In this document: piece by piece, positions 19,795 to 28,043 of the stretch
How positions within the stretch are numbered: position 1 is the stretch's first letter
Layout: each line of letters opens with the position of its first letter
NCBI GenBank assembly: GCA_964642015.1
Contig: CAZXLF010000005.1
Span: forward strand, 1-61,854
From: an uncultured Planctomycetia bacterium
GTDB lineage: Bacteria > Omnitrophota > Gorgyraeia > 2-02-FULL-51-18
Direction: 5' to 3'
DNA length: 61,854 nucleotides
The notes under the pieces: model-generated
Database searches by the model: none
What the model was told of the DNA's origin: nothing
Seen by the model: the letters and a program-made list of their open reading frames with translations, nothing else
Made by a program: the position numbers and the translations under genes

Positions 19795-19839
19795 AGTGTA
19801 CATGGAAAATAATCAAAACGTGAGTCAATAAAGCGTCAA
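19795..19839 (-). promoter_or_regulatory. Putative KdpE-activated promoter
   Basis: TTGAC direct repeat with 11-bp period (19835-19839, 19824-19828) directly upstream of a poor -35, and a TACACT -10 at 19795-19800. Confidence 0.45.
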
Positions 19840-19864
19840 AAATAGGATAGGGGGAAAAGCAGGC

Positions 19865-20566
19865 TTATTCGTCAGTATGAAGGCGGTAACCAACGCCTGG
19901 TTCCGTTAAAACATAAGAAGGCCTGTCAGGATTGGGCTCTATTTTATCGCGAAGATTGCTAATGGTGACGCGCAGAAGATGGGAAACGCCTTCTAGATCT
20001 TCAGTTTTATTCCAGACTTCCTGCAAGATATGCCGGCGCGTGACCACTTTTCCGGCGTTCATCGTCAACACTTTCAAAACATTATATTCGGTCGGCGTGA
20101 GGCGCACTGCCTTTCCATTCACCTCGACTTGATGTTTGGAGATGTCGATGGACACTTTGCCGATGTTATAAAGCGTTTTTTCGTCCTTGGGCACGAGCCT
20201 TCTCATCACCGCTCTTAAACGTGCTAATAATTCCCCTTCACCGAAAGGCTTTGTCAAATAGTCATCGGCGCCGGCATCCAGCGCGGCGATCTTGTCTGAT
20301 TCATCTTCTCTGACGGACAAGATCACAATGGGTGTCTTGGTCCTTTGCCGGATCTTGCGCGTGATGTCTATGCCATTGGCATCAGGAAGCCCAAGATCCA
20401 AAATGATCGCATCAGGATGAGATGAAACAGATTCATTCAGCGCCTCCTCCCCGTTGGACGCTTCAAAAACACCGTAACCGTGAGAGGAAAGTATTGCTTT
20501 GAGATATCGTCTGATCGATCTTTCATCGTCCACAACCAAGATCCTCAGTCCAGATTCCGCATCCAT
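19865..20566 (-). CDS. kdpE: KdpE-like OmpR-family response regulator
   Basis: ILVVDDE, ILDLGLPD, AGADDYLTKPF, LTPTEY, PDRPSYVLTEPGVGYRL. Confidence 0.9.
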   Translation of the reverse strand: MDAESGLRILVVDDERSIRRYLKAILSSHGYGVFEASNGEEALNESVSSHPDAIILDLGLPDANGIDITRKIRQRTKTPIVILSVREDESDKIAALDAGADDYLTKPFGEGELLARLRAVMRRLVPKDEKTLYNIGKVSIDISKHQVEVNGKAVRLTPTEYNVLKVLTMNAGKVVTRRHILQEVWNKTEDLEGVSHLLRVTISNLRDKIEPNPDRPSYVLTEPGVGYRLHTDE

Positions 20567-21595
20567 TTATTCCCCTTTCGCTGTCGGTAAAACAACGGCC
20601 AGCGTCGTGCCTTTGTCGGAATTATTTTGCGCCCAGATATATCCTCCGTGTGCTTCGACGATCCCTTTGCAGATCGACAGACCCAAGCCTGTGCCGGTGA
20701 TTTGATTAGGTTTCACAGCGCGGTAAAATTTATCAAAAATCCTCTGCAGGTCCTCTTTGGGAACACCAAAACCTTCATCTTTTATCTCCACTTTCACAGC
20801 GTTTTGCATCAGTTCGGATCTGATCTCTATCGGTGCGTCCGGCGGAGAATACTTGATGGCATTATCGATCAAATTAATGAACACACGCATCATCAGATGA
20901 TAATCGACCCGCACTTCGGGAAAATCGTGCGGGATGTGAATACGAACCTCGCGTTTTCCTATTTTGTCATTCAATTGCTGCAACGAAGCGCCGAGGAGGT
21001 CTCGCAATTCACAAGAACGAAGATGTGCCTGCAAAGTGCCCGCCTCGATCCGTGTCATGTCCAAAAGATTTCCAACTAGCCGGTTCAAGCGGTCCGAGTC
21101 TTCATAGGCCGTTTCAAGGATCTCTTTTCGAGTTGAGTCATTCATCGAAGATTCCTGCAAAAGACTGCTGAGAGCTCCGGTGATCGAAACAAGCGGTGTC
21201 CGCAGATCATGAGAAATAGAACTCAAAAGTGCCGTTTGCAATTTTTCCGTTTCACGGCGGATCGTCTGCTCTCTCACTTTCGATGCCAGCGTACTGATCA
21301 CGATACCGACGATCAAAAGAACTGCAAAAGTAAAAATGTATTTAACATCATCTACCGTGAACGCAAAATAAGGGGGCACCAGAAAAAAATCGAAAGCCAA
21401 CAGACTTAAAATCGACGTCGTGATCGCCGGTCCCTGGCCCCACCAAATAGCCGAAACGACTACGGCCAAAAGATAGAACATCACCAGATTCGTGGGTTCG
21501 AGGTCTTTTTTGATAAATTCGCCAAAAGCGGTCGTCAGGATCACAAGGCTGGCGCTGACCAGATAGGGATAAAAATGGGAGAACTTATTTTTCAG
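20567..21595 (-). CDS. kdpD: KdpD-like histidine kinase lacking the N-terminal KdpD, USP and GAF domains (DUF4118-HisKA-HATPase)
   Basis: FDFFLVPPYFAF TM motif, SISHDLRTPL, NLIDNAIKYS, GTGLGLSI; in-frame CTG 21595 follows an AAGGAGG SD (ORF track start is 21544). Confidence 0.85.
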   Translation of the reverse strand: MKNKFSHFYPYLVSASLVILTTAFGEFIKKDLEPTNLVMFYLLAVVVSAIWWGQGPAITTSILSLLAFDFFLVPPYFAFTVDDVKYIFTFAVLLIVGIVISTLASKVREQTIRRETEKLQTALLSSISHDLRTPLVSITGALSSLLQESSMNDSTRKEILETAYEDSDRLNRLVGNLLDMTRIEAGTLQAHLRSCELRDLLGASLQQLNDKIGKREVRIHIPHDFPEVRVDYHLMMRVFINLIDNAIKYSPPDAPIEIRSELMQNAVKVEIKDEGFGVPKEDLQRIFDKFYRAVKPNQITGTGLGLSICKGIVEAHGGYIWAQNNSDKGTTLAVVLPTAKGE

Positions 21596-21713
21596 GAATT
21601 CCTCCTTGCCTGCGGGGTTAGCTGACGGGCTGCGTCGAGGATGAGATCGCTTACCTGCGGTAATTCGCCCCTAAACCTTGGTTCCCCCGGTCCTTTCGGA
21701 TTCGGCTTTTGAA
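21596..21713 (-). ncRNA. c-di-AMP riboswitch (ydaO/yuaA leader) no. 2
   Basis: Minus strand reads GCCGAATCCGAAAGGACCGGGGGAACCA..TAGGGGCGAAT..GCCCGTCAGCTAACCCCGCAGGC and then the AAGGAGG SD. Confidence 0.93.
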
Positions 21714-21719
21714 AAAGGA

Positions 21720-21747
21720 ATTATACGCTTGCTTTAAGGAATGTCAA
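21720..21747 (-). promoter_or_regulatory. Consensus sigma70 promoter of the riboswitch-kdpD-kdpE unit
   Basis: TTGACA(21742-21747)-16 nt-TATAAT(21720-21725). Confidence 0.75.
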
Positions 21748-21771
21748 TTCTGGCGAGATTGACCCAAGCAT

Positions 21772-22302
21772 TTAAAAGAAAAGAAAAAATCCGTTCGCAA
21801 AATAAACGCAGGCAACGATGCCAAATAGAAGACCCGCGAGCCACATCTCTTTTCTTTTCACAAGCGCGCTCACCGAAGACAACATGATGGCAATCTGAAA
21901 GAATACCACAGACAAGGAGAACTGGCCGCCTCTTCGGTGCACAAGCGCATTCTGTTTGCCGACATCTTCGGCCTGAGTTTTGAGATCGCTTTTTTCTTTG
22001 TCATAGCGGCTTATTTCCGATACGGCGGATGAAAGCTTTTTTTCGATCAGATTTTTTTGTTCAGGATTGGCAGCGGCACCGGGTTGTTGCGCCTCCAAAA
22101 TATCTTTTTCTATTTCCCGCAAATTCTGTTTAATGCTCTTCGACTGGAAATACGCCCACTGGCTTCCTTCCTTCGCGGTCAGGATCTGATTGGTCGCCAC
22201 ACACCCGCCTGCTCGTGACGCGGCGATCGCCGTCATGACAGCGAGTATAGTTGTGGTTACGGCGACTCCTTTCATCCATTTTTCTTGCAAAATGTCAGCC
22301 AT
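21772..22302 (-). CDS. DUF4337 family membrane protein
   Basis: VAVTTTILAVMTAI, SQWAYFQSKSIKQ, FFQIAIMLSSVSAL. Confidence 0.75.
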   Translation of the reverse strand: MADILQEKWMKGVAVTTTILAVMTAIAASRAGGCVATNQILTAKEGSQWAYFQSKSIKQNLREIEKDILEAQQPGAAANPEQKNLIEKKLSSAVSEISRYDKEKSDLKTQAEDVGKQNALVHRRGGQFSLSVVFFQIAIMLSSVSALVKRKEMWLAGLLFGIVACVYFANGFFLFF

Positions 22303-22330
22303 TTTTTCTCCTTTGCTTTGGGATCTTTTT

Positions 22331-22888
22331 CTAGTTGTGGTTCACATTATTGCCAGATCGCTTAGAGAAGCACAATTTTACAAATGTCTTGGCAAATTCC
22401 TGCTGGACCAGAGGAATACTTTCAGTTCGCGTCATAGGTGATTTTTTTACTCGGGCCATTACGCGATACTTCCAGATCTCTTTTTTGGATTTTAGGTCGG
22501 TAACTGTCATATCAGCCTGGAGCCTTGCATATTCTCGAACAGTGATCGCATCATATATAGCGGTGCTTGTCCCCATTAACATATCAACCGGCCCATGCTC
22601 GGTCCACATAAACTCTTGGATGTCGGTGTCGACGGACAGATCCGCGGTTTGAGGATCCTGCACCACTTTAAAATTAATTGTCTTTCTCATCTCCAGCCCA
22701 TTCTCGATGTATTTCTTCAGCGCTTTAATATCTGTCTCGTGTTCCTTTGTAGAATCCTTAGGCTCCGCCACATACACTTTTACATCTTTCCCTTCCAGCA
22801 TCGGATAGAGACTTTGAGGAGTTTCTGCCCAGGAAATAGAAGTTATAAATATAGAAAAAAACGCAACGGTTAGGATTCTAAATTTCAT
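22331..22888 (-). CDS. Secreted hypothetical protein
   Basis: Signal peptide ending SWA; 185-aa open frame; no recognisable motif. Confidence 0.65.
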   Translation of the reverse strand: MKFRILTVAFFSIFITSISWAETPQSLYPMLEGKDVKVYVAEPKDSTKEHETDIKALKKYIENGLEMRKTINFKVVQDPQTADLSVDTDIQEFMWTEHGPVDMLMGTSTAIYDAITVREYARLQADMTVTDLKSKKEIWKYRVMARVKKSPMTRTESIPLVQQEFAKTFVKLCFSKRSGNNVNHN

Positions 22889-22962
22889 TTTAAATTAAGC
22901 TCCCATTTTTAGTGGCGATGGTGGTTTGTTCTCTCCCAACTCCTATTACATTACTTAAAAAC

Positions 22963-23268
22963 TGTGCCCGGCAGGGTTGCCGCCTTCCGCTCGCGTCTAA
23001 AGGCGCTCACTTCAGGTCGGGCACTCGAGCAGCTGACGCCGAAGAGTCGGCTTTTCCGCCACTGGCGGCGCCGCTCTCACTTCAACTCCTGCTAGGTACG
23101 TCCGTATAAAACTCGTGTGCCCGGCAGGGTTGCCGCCTTCCGCTCGCGTCTAAAGGCGCTCACTTCAGGTCGGGCACTCGAGCAGCTGACGCCGAAGAGT
23201 CGGCTTTTCCGCCACTGGCGGCGCCGCTCTCACTTCAACTCCTGCTAGGTACGTCCGTATAAAACTCG
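22963..23268. repeat. Two tandem 153-bp units with tRNA-Arg-derived inverted ends
   Basis: Units start at 22963 and 23116; each begins TGTGCCCGGCAGG (identical to the tRNA end at 23269) and ends with the complementary TTCAACTCCTGCTAGGTAC. Confidence 0.9.
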
Positions 23269-23342
23269 TGTGCCCGGCAGGAGTTGAACCTGCAACCCTC
23301 TGATCCGTAGTCAGATACTCTATCCAGTTGAGCTACGGGCAC
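23269..23342 (-). tRNA. tRNA-Arg(ACG)
   Basis: GTGCCCG acceptor, TCTGA-CT-ACG-GA-TCAGA anticodon arm, GGTTCAACTCC T-arm. Confidence 0.95.
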
Positions 23343-23362
23343 AAAACTTGTAAATGGTAGGA

Positions 23363-23391
23363 ATTATAACGGTTTACTACGTATCTTGGAA
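23363..23391 (-). promoter_or_regulatory. Putative native tRNA-Arg promoter
   Basis: TTCCAA-17 nt-TATAAT ending about 20 nt before the tRNA. Confidence 0.5.
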
Positions 23392-23400
23392 AGCTGTAGT

Positions 23401-23439
23401 TTAAACTCCTAAGTGCTTGGTGTCAATATAGGGACAAAA
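23401..23439. repeat. Junction motif, right half only (left island edge)
   Basis: TTAAACTCCTAAGTGCTTGGTGTCAATATAGGGACAAAA, identical to 27989-28027. Confidence 0.9.
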
Positions 23440-23456
23440 AGCCAAACTTGCTTTAT

Positions 23457-24650
23457 TTATTTGATGATGTTCGCACATTGGGCCAAAAATAGTAATCTAT
23501 CATGAAGAGTGGGATGATCCGATTTCAGCTCTCTTGGTGATGAGGGAATAAATAAACTAGATTTCTTGTCCTTTGCTAACTGCTCGACCAACAATTTAAA
23601 CTCGTTTTCATCAATATATCGGTCGCTATAGAATTGCTTGAATTGTTCTTGTATATGTACTTTCCAGCGTTTTCTCCAAATTTTCAGTCGATTTGCTTTA
23701 CGTATTTTTAGTCTCATAATAAGACTCTGCCATAGACTCAGTCTATCTGGTTTTGAGCGGACTTGGAGACGTTGCACCAAACGCAATGCTTGTTCTTCTC
23801 CCGAATCGTTTCTAGTTCTCTGTTCCTCAATACCCATGGCTGCTTTTTCTGCAAGCTCATCCACAGAATCAACCTGAAAACCACTCGCCAATAACATTTC
23901 ATGAGCCTTTTCCCACAGGTTACAGAAATATTCATTCCTTGCATAAATGTTGATTAAAGAGTTAACCGCTGGTAGCAGTCCAGCATAAACGAGTGCATTA
24001 TAGTCAGCGAGTAATTCACAAGCTCGACCAAAACGCTTTGAGCGATACAAAAATGGCCACGGTTGTATCAAGTGCCCCAACTCATGAGCAACTACGGCAC
24101 GGATTTGGTCCCTATTGAGGATAAAGAAAAGGCTCTTATGAAGAACTATTTTTTCAGCTTTAGTATGATGGTCCACAAGATTTGTATAGAATGCGTTTGC
24201 AGCGGACATGTGTTTGTCATAAACAAATACTCCTGGAACTATTAAGAATCCCATTCGAATAGATAGTTTCTCGAGCACATCATGAATTTCAGCTTGCGTA
24301 AACCGCCCGATAGTTTCTTTACTCGAATCTATCTCAACCAATACCAGCTGCTGTTCATAATATTTTTCTATTGATAGAGGCGCTAATAAACGAACTAATA
24401 ACAAATAAATAATACAGACAATTATCACTACTGAGACAATGCCAATAATATCTTCTAAAACCTTTCCATACATGAACACAAAAGCTGGCGAACTGTATAT
24501 CACAACGATAGTGCATGCAATTAGCACAAGGCTATAGAGGACGATTTTATGAATCAATACATAACGCTGAACATAAGACCTTAGATGCTTGACTTGCGGG
24601 GGGATTAATTCTTCTCGTTGACGAACAATGGGTTTAGAAATTAATTCCAT
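23457..24650 (-). CDS. M48-like membrane zinc metalloprotease
   Basis: Two N-terminal TMs, ANAFY, IRAVVAHELGH (HExxH), CELLAD, SDHPTLHDRL. Confidence 0.75.
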   Translation of the reverse strand: MELISKPIVRQREELIPPQVKHLRSYVQRYVLIHKIVLYSLVLIACTIVVIYSSPAFVFMYGKVLEDIIGIVSVVIIVCIIYLLLVRLLAPLSIEKYYEQQLVLVEIDSSKETIGRFTQAEIHDVLEKLSIRMGFLIVPGVFVYDKHMSAANAFYTNLVDHHTKAEKIVLHKSLFFILNRDQIRAVVAHELGHLIQPWPFLYRSKRFGRACELLADYNALVYAGLLPAVNSLINIYARNEYFCNLWEKAHEMLLASGFQVDSVDELAEKAAMGIEEQRTRNDSGEEQALRLVQRLQVRSKPDRLSLWQSLIMRLKIRKANRLKIWRKRWKVHIQEQFKQFYSDRYIDENEFKLLVEQLAKDKKSSLFIPSSPRELKSDHPTLHDRLLFLAQCANIIK

Positions 24651-24745
24651 GTTGTCATTTCTTAATGGGCATTTACTAACTCCTACTTTTTATTAGCCTC
24701 ACTTGCACTCTTTCGGCTGTCATTAATGGGTACAGCAAAATTTTG

Positions 24746-25132
24746 TCATGCCAGACTTTTTTTCTCTTTTGGTTTAAGAGATATGGTAATGATCTTTTCA
24801 CCTGCTAAATCACTTACACTTATAGGATCCACCCAACTTGTATCCATTGGATGGCTGTAAGCTGCGATACTTATATTTGCATTAATGTCATAATTTCTAT
24901 TGTTCAAAATGGAAAATGTTACTTCACTGCTCACCTGGCTTTTTGTCCAATTGACTTCTCTAATAAGTACTGGCTGAAACATTGAAACTACATACTCTGT
25001 CACTTCAATAATTCCAAACCCAATTAATACCAAAGCCATGGCAATTCCTATGATTCCAGAGCGTGATATACTTTTTCTAGCTTTGACATGCTTGGGTTTA
25101 AAATCCGAGAAAATCTTACGCATAGGATTCAA
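24746..25132 (-). CDS. Hypothetical single-TM protein, possibly frameshift-truncated
   Basis: One TM segment followed by a beta-rich region; an A7 run precedes the stop. Confidence 0.55.
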   Translation of the reverse strand: MNPMRKIFSDFKPKHVKARKSISRSGIIGIAMALVLIGFGIIEVTEYVVSMFQPVLIREVNWTKSQVSSEVTFSILNNRNYDINANISIAAYSHPMDTSWVDPISVSDLAGEKIITISLKPKEKKSLA

Positions 25133-25169
25133 TCGTTCTCTGTAATCCTATCGGCTTATTGATAAATAC

Positions 25170-25652
25170 TCAATTAAATTGTTCTTTGATTTTGGGTCGT
25201 GTGAGAAAAAAGATGAATAAAGAACTAAGTCCTACAGCAAATATATAAAATAATGTTGCAGCATAAAAACCTATATTAGCCAGTACATTTACATTTACAA
25301 TGGGTGGTCCTTGTGCCACCGTAGTAAGTGCAATAGAATGACAATATTGTTTAATATCATTCACAGACAGGAAGTACAGTGGGATAGCAATTAATATATC
25401 TAATGAATTAACTATTATAGCAATCCTCCTCATTATATTATTCAATCTTAAAATACCAATCCCCGTAATAAATCCTATTACTGATGAAAGCATTCCGATT
25501 GAAAATAATGCTACAACAGTAGCTTTATTAAAAGACTTATGCAATTCAAAGTAGGTTTGGAAATAAAAAACATTCAGTAAATTAAAAGTGTTAAGGATAA
25601 TGAATACCCAAGCAAATATTGTTATTCCTCTAGACCTTTTCAATGCCATCAA
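25170..25652 (-). CDS. Hypothetical membrane protein (about 4 TM)
   Basis: RSRGITIFAW start and FFLTRPKIKEQF end, with hydrophobic segments between. Confidence 0.65.
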   Translation of the reverse strand: MMALKRSRGITIFAWVFIILNTFNLLNVFYFQTYFELHKSFNKATVVALFSIGMLSSVIGFITGIGILRLNNIMRRIAIIVNSLDILIAIPLYFLSVNDIKQYCHSIALTTVAQGPPIVNVNVLANIGFYAATLFYIFAVGLSSLFIFFLTRPKIKEQFN

Positions 25653-25691
25653 TATCTCTCTTTAATCTTTCTTGGTCTTATTGACAAACAC

Positions 25692-25970
25692 TTACTTAAA
25701 TTGGCCCTTTGCTCGAGTGCTATTTCTTATAATTGTCTTAATAAGGTCAAATATTATAACTGCTATAGATAAAGCAAATAGAACGCCAAATATAAACATA
25801 AAACCCACATCATAACCGCCATAACACGGATATGAGGTTATAGGGTCTTGTTTACAGGGAAAATACACATTTATTAATCTCCCAATGGAAATAGTCGTAT
25901 TATTTGTAAAATAAAACAGCGTAGCCAAGACGCAAGCTACCAAACCCAGTCCGATATACTTGCTCATCAT
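25692..25970 (-). CDS. Small hypothetical membrane protein (2 TM)
   Basis: 92 aa; two TMs flanking a loop with a Cys pair (PCKQDPITSYPC). Confidence 0.55.
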   Translation of the reverse strand: MMSKYIGLGLVACVLATLFYFTNNTTISIGRLINVYFPCKQDPITSYPCYGGYDVGFMFIFGVLFALSIAVIIFDLIKTIIRNSTRAKGQFK

Positions 25971-26515
25971 CCTTTTTCCTTAGTCTTCTCTACCTTCTCA
26001 ACTTTGCCTATCATAGCCCCTAAAATAAGTTCCTTTAATTTTATAGCTCTTTTGTTGCGTGTAGCGAACCGTATCGTGTGTTTTGTGTTGCTTTCATCAA
26101 TATAATCCACTAGCAGCATATCGGTTGTTCCTAAAGTAAGAGACGGGCCGCTAATTGCACCCAATAATTCTGACGGTTTAAAGTCTCGTCTTTGTCCTTC
26201 GCTTAAGTCCTCTAATTCTACGTCCACTTCAACTATGCGATCATAAGGTATTGCAAGAAATGTCTCTTCTAAATCTTTCGTGCTAAAAAGTAAGCCTTTA
26301 TCTGAAATTTGTAGTCGCCCATCCTGCATGGGTTTCAAACTGGGGTAGCCGTCATAATAAACCACGAAATCAAAATGACTGTCGGGAGGAGGCTCATCAT
26401 CATTTATAGTTATCTTAAATACACAATAAAGAAAAAAGACGACGACAAAAACTATCAGGAGAATGTATAGGAATGGCATTGACTTTATTTTATGCCTGAA
26501 CCCAAGGAGGGTCAA
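25967..26515 (-). CDS. Hypothetical membrane-anchored protein
   Basis: N-terminal TM; beta-rich soluble domain (YYDGYP..GRLQISDKGLLF) reminiscent of bacterial PH-like folds. Confidence 0.6.
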   Translation of the reverse strand: MTLLGFRHKIKSMPFLYILLIVFVVVFFLYCVFKITINDDEPPPDSHFDFVVYYDGYPSLKPMQDGRLQISDKGLLFSTKDLEETFLAIPYDRIVEVDVELEDLSEGQRRDFKPSELLGAISGPSLTLGTTDMLLVDYIDESNTKHTIRFATRNKRAIKLKELILGAMIGKVEKVEKTKEKG

Positions 26516-26544
26516 TTTCTAAAAACTTAACCCTATCCTTAGGA

Positions 26545-26611
26545 TCTGACCACTAATCGAATGCTCTTGGGCTAAACTCCTGCCGTGCTGGTATCAATAT
26601 GGTGACAGAAA
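26545..26611. repeat. Junction motif, full diverged copy
   Basis: TCTGACCACTAATCGAATGCTC-ttggg-CTAAACTCCTGCCGTGCTGGTATCAATATGGTGACAGAAA. Confidence 0.8.
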
Positions 26612-26654
26612 CTATACGTTAGCTCTAACGTCTCTCTATAGAACATCATTCGGT

Positions 26655-27032
26655 TTATTGCTTTATTTCATCTAACTCATTTAACATTTTTATATATTTT
26701 CGATCCGCGATGAATCCTGCAACGCACCAAACTTCAATCATCACCAATACAGTAATACCCATCAACAAAACCATTGAGTAAATCTCCTTGACCAAGGATC
26801 TGTTTAGCTTTGTAACCTCAATAACATATCTCTTCATTTTTGATTCAGAGACTGTAGTGGTTTTTTGATTTGAATAAAATTGGGCAATTCCATCCATATG
26901 GGCCAGGATAGAATTAAATAACACAGTTATTGATACTAAACAAATGGACAAGACAACAAGCGAAAAACAACCGAGGATAATTGAAATTTTCTGACTTTTT
27001 TTATGTTTATGGATTATTTGCTCTTTCCCCAA
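26655..27032 (-). CDS. Hypothetical 2-TM protein
   Basis: 125 aa with two hydrophobic segments; GGAGG SD upstream. Confidence 0.6.
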   Translation of the reverse strand: MGKEQIIHKHKKSQKISIILGCFSLVVLSICLVSITVLFNSILAHMDGIAQFYSNQKTTTVSESKMKRYVIEVTKLNRSLVKEIYSMVLLMGITVLVMIEVWCVAGFIADRKYIKMLNELDEIKQ

Positions 27033-27131
27033 TTATCCCTCCTTTGCTAACCTTATACCCTTAACGTTAACCAACTAGACAATATTTTATTTAGCAAAAA
27101 TCTTATCGTCTAAATAAGAAACCGCTTATAA

Positions 27132-27167
27132 TCTGACCGCGGATCGGATGATCCTAAATTAAAATTC
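27132..27167. repeat. Junction motif, left half plus core
   Basis: TCTGACCGCGGATCGGATGATC-ctaaa-TTAAAATTC; the TTA is the stop codon of 27159..27827. Confidence 0.7.
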
Positions 27168-27827
27168 TATAGCTGTCTGTACAAAATAGACTGGTGATCT
27201 TTCTCCAATTTTCTTGGAAACCTTATTGATAGAAGCTATACGAGCATACTTAAAATCCATCGCCATAACAAAATTTCTCTGAAAAATACTCGCAAGTGGT
27301 TTTCTGATGAAAATGAACGCAAAAATATTTAGGACAAGAATTCCTATTACTATGAGTAAGTTAAACTTAACTAAAGGGAACAAAATTGAGGAAATGAATA
27401 AAAGAAGCAATCCAAATCCCTGCACGACAATTGCCGTTGACCCACACCTAGGTGAAAAAGCACATTCATAATCGTTCATACGAAATTTTTCAATAAAAAC
27501 TGTGAATGCAGTTTCAATGTCTCTTTTATTCTCAATCTTCCCATATATCCGAAACCCCTTATTCTCAGCCTTGCCTCCTATTCCCCTTCTTAACTTATAT
27601 GCTTTTTCTAAACATACTATCGTTCCATGCTCTAGTAAATGGTTTCGTTTTGCTTCGACAGATAATTTGATACCCCTCGCACAAACTGAAACTAGAGGTA
27701 AGTACAAAACAATCAGAAGAATGATTATCCAAGGGGATAAAAAACCGAAAGCTATTGCCGCGTCATAGCCACAAAGACCGAAACAAGCTACTAAAATATA
27801 AAAGATATAGTAGCCAATCCATGACAT
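27159..27827 (-). CDS. DUF6391-like membrane protein
   Basis: KRNHLLEHGTI and FSPRCGS motifs recalled for this family. Confidence 0.55.
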   Translation of the reverse strand: MSWIGYYIFYILVACFGLCGYDAAIAFGFLSPWIIILLIVLYLPLVSVCARGIKLSVEAKRNHLLEHGTIVCLEKAYKLRRGIGGKAENKGFRIYGKIENKRDIETAFTVFIEKFRMNDYECAFSPRCGSTAIVVQGFGLLLLFISSILFPLVKFNLLIVIGILVLNIFAFIFIRKPLASIFQRNFVMAMDFKYARIASINKVSKKIGERSPVYFVQTAIEF

Positions 27828-27961
27828 TCTTCTGTAGAAATAAAAAACGATTTTCTTGAAGGATTGGCTTATCAGACTATCTTCTCCTAATCTTAGTTTC
27901 CTATTTTTGTGGTGCTTTTTGAAGAAAATTTGACGCCAGCAAATCTCAAGTTCAAAGAGTG

Positions 27962-28027
27962 TCTGATATCTAATCCAATGTTCTCAAGTTAAACTCCTAA
28001 GTGCTTGGTGTCAATATAGGGACAAAA
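27962..28027. repeat. Junction motif, full copy
   Basis: TCTGATATCTAATCCAATGTTC-tcaag-TTAAACTCCTAAGTGCTTGGTGTCAATATAGGGACAAAA. Confidence 0.85.
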
Positions 28028-28043
28028 TGATTTAATTATGTGA

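Noticed and set aside
22912-23109. 65-aa ORF on the + strand
   Set aside because: It lies across the tRNA-derived repeat and has no protein-like features.
22963-23268. CRISPR array
   Set aside because: Two identical contiguous 153-bp units with no unique spacers and no cas genes.
26545-26611. Xer/dif (pdif) sites as the junction motif
   Set aside because: No 11-6-11 structure and no TTATGTTAAAT/TTATGTAAACT XerD arm.
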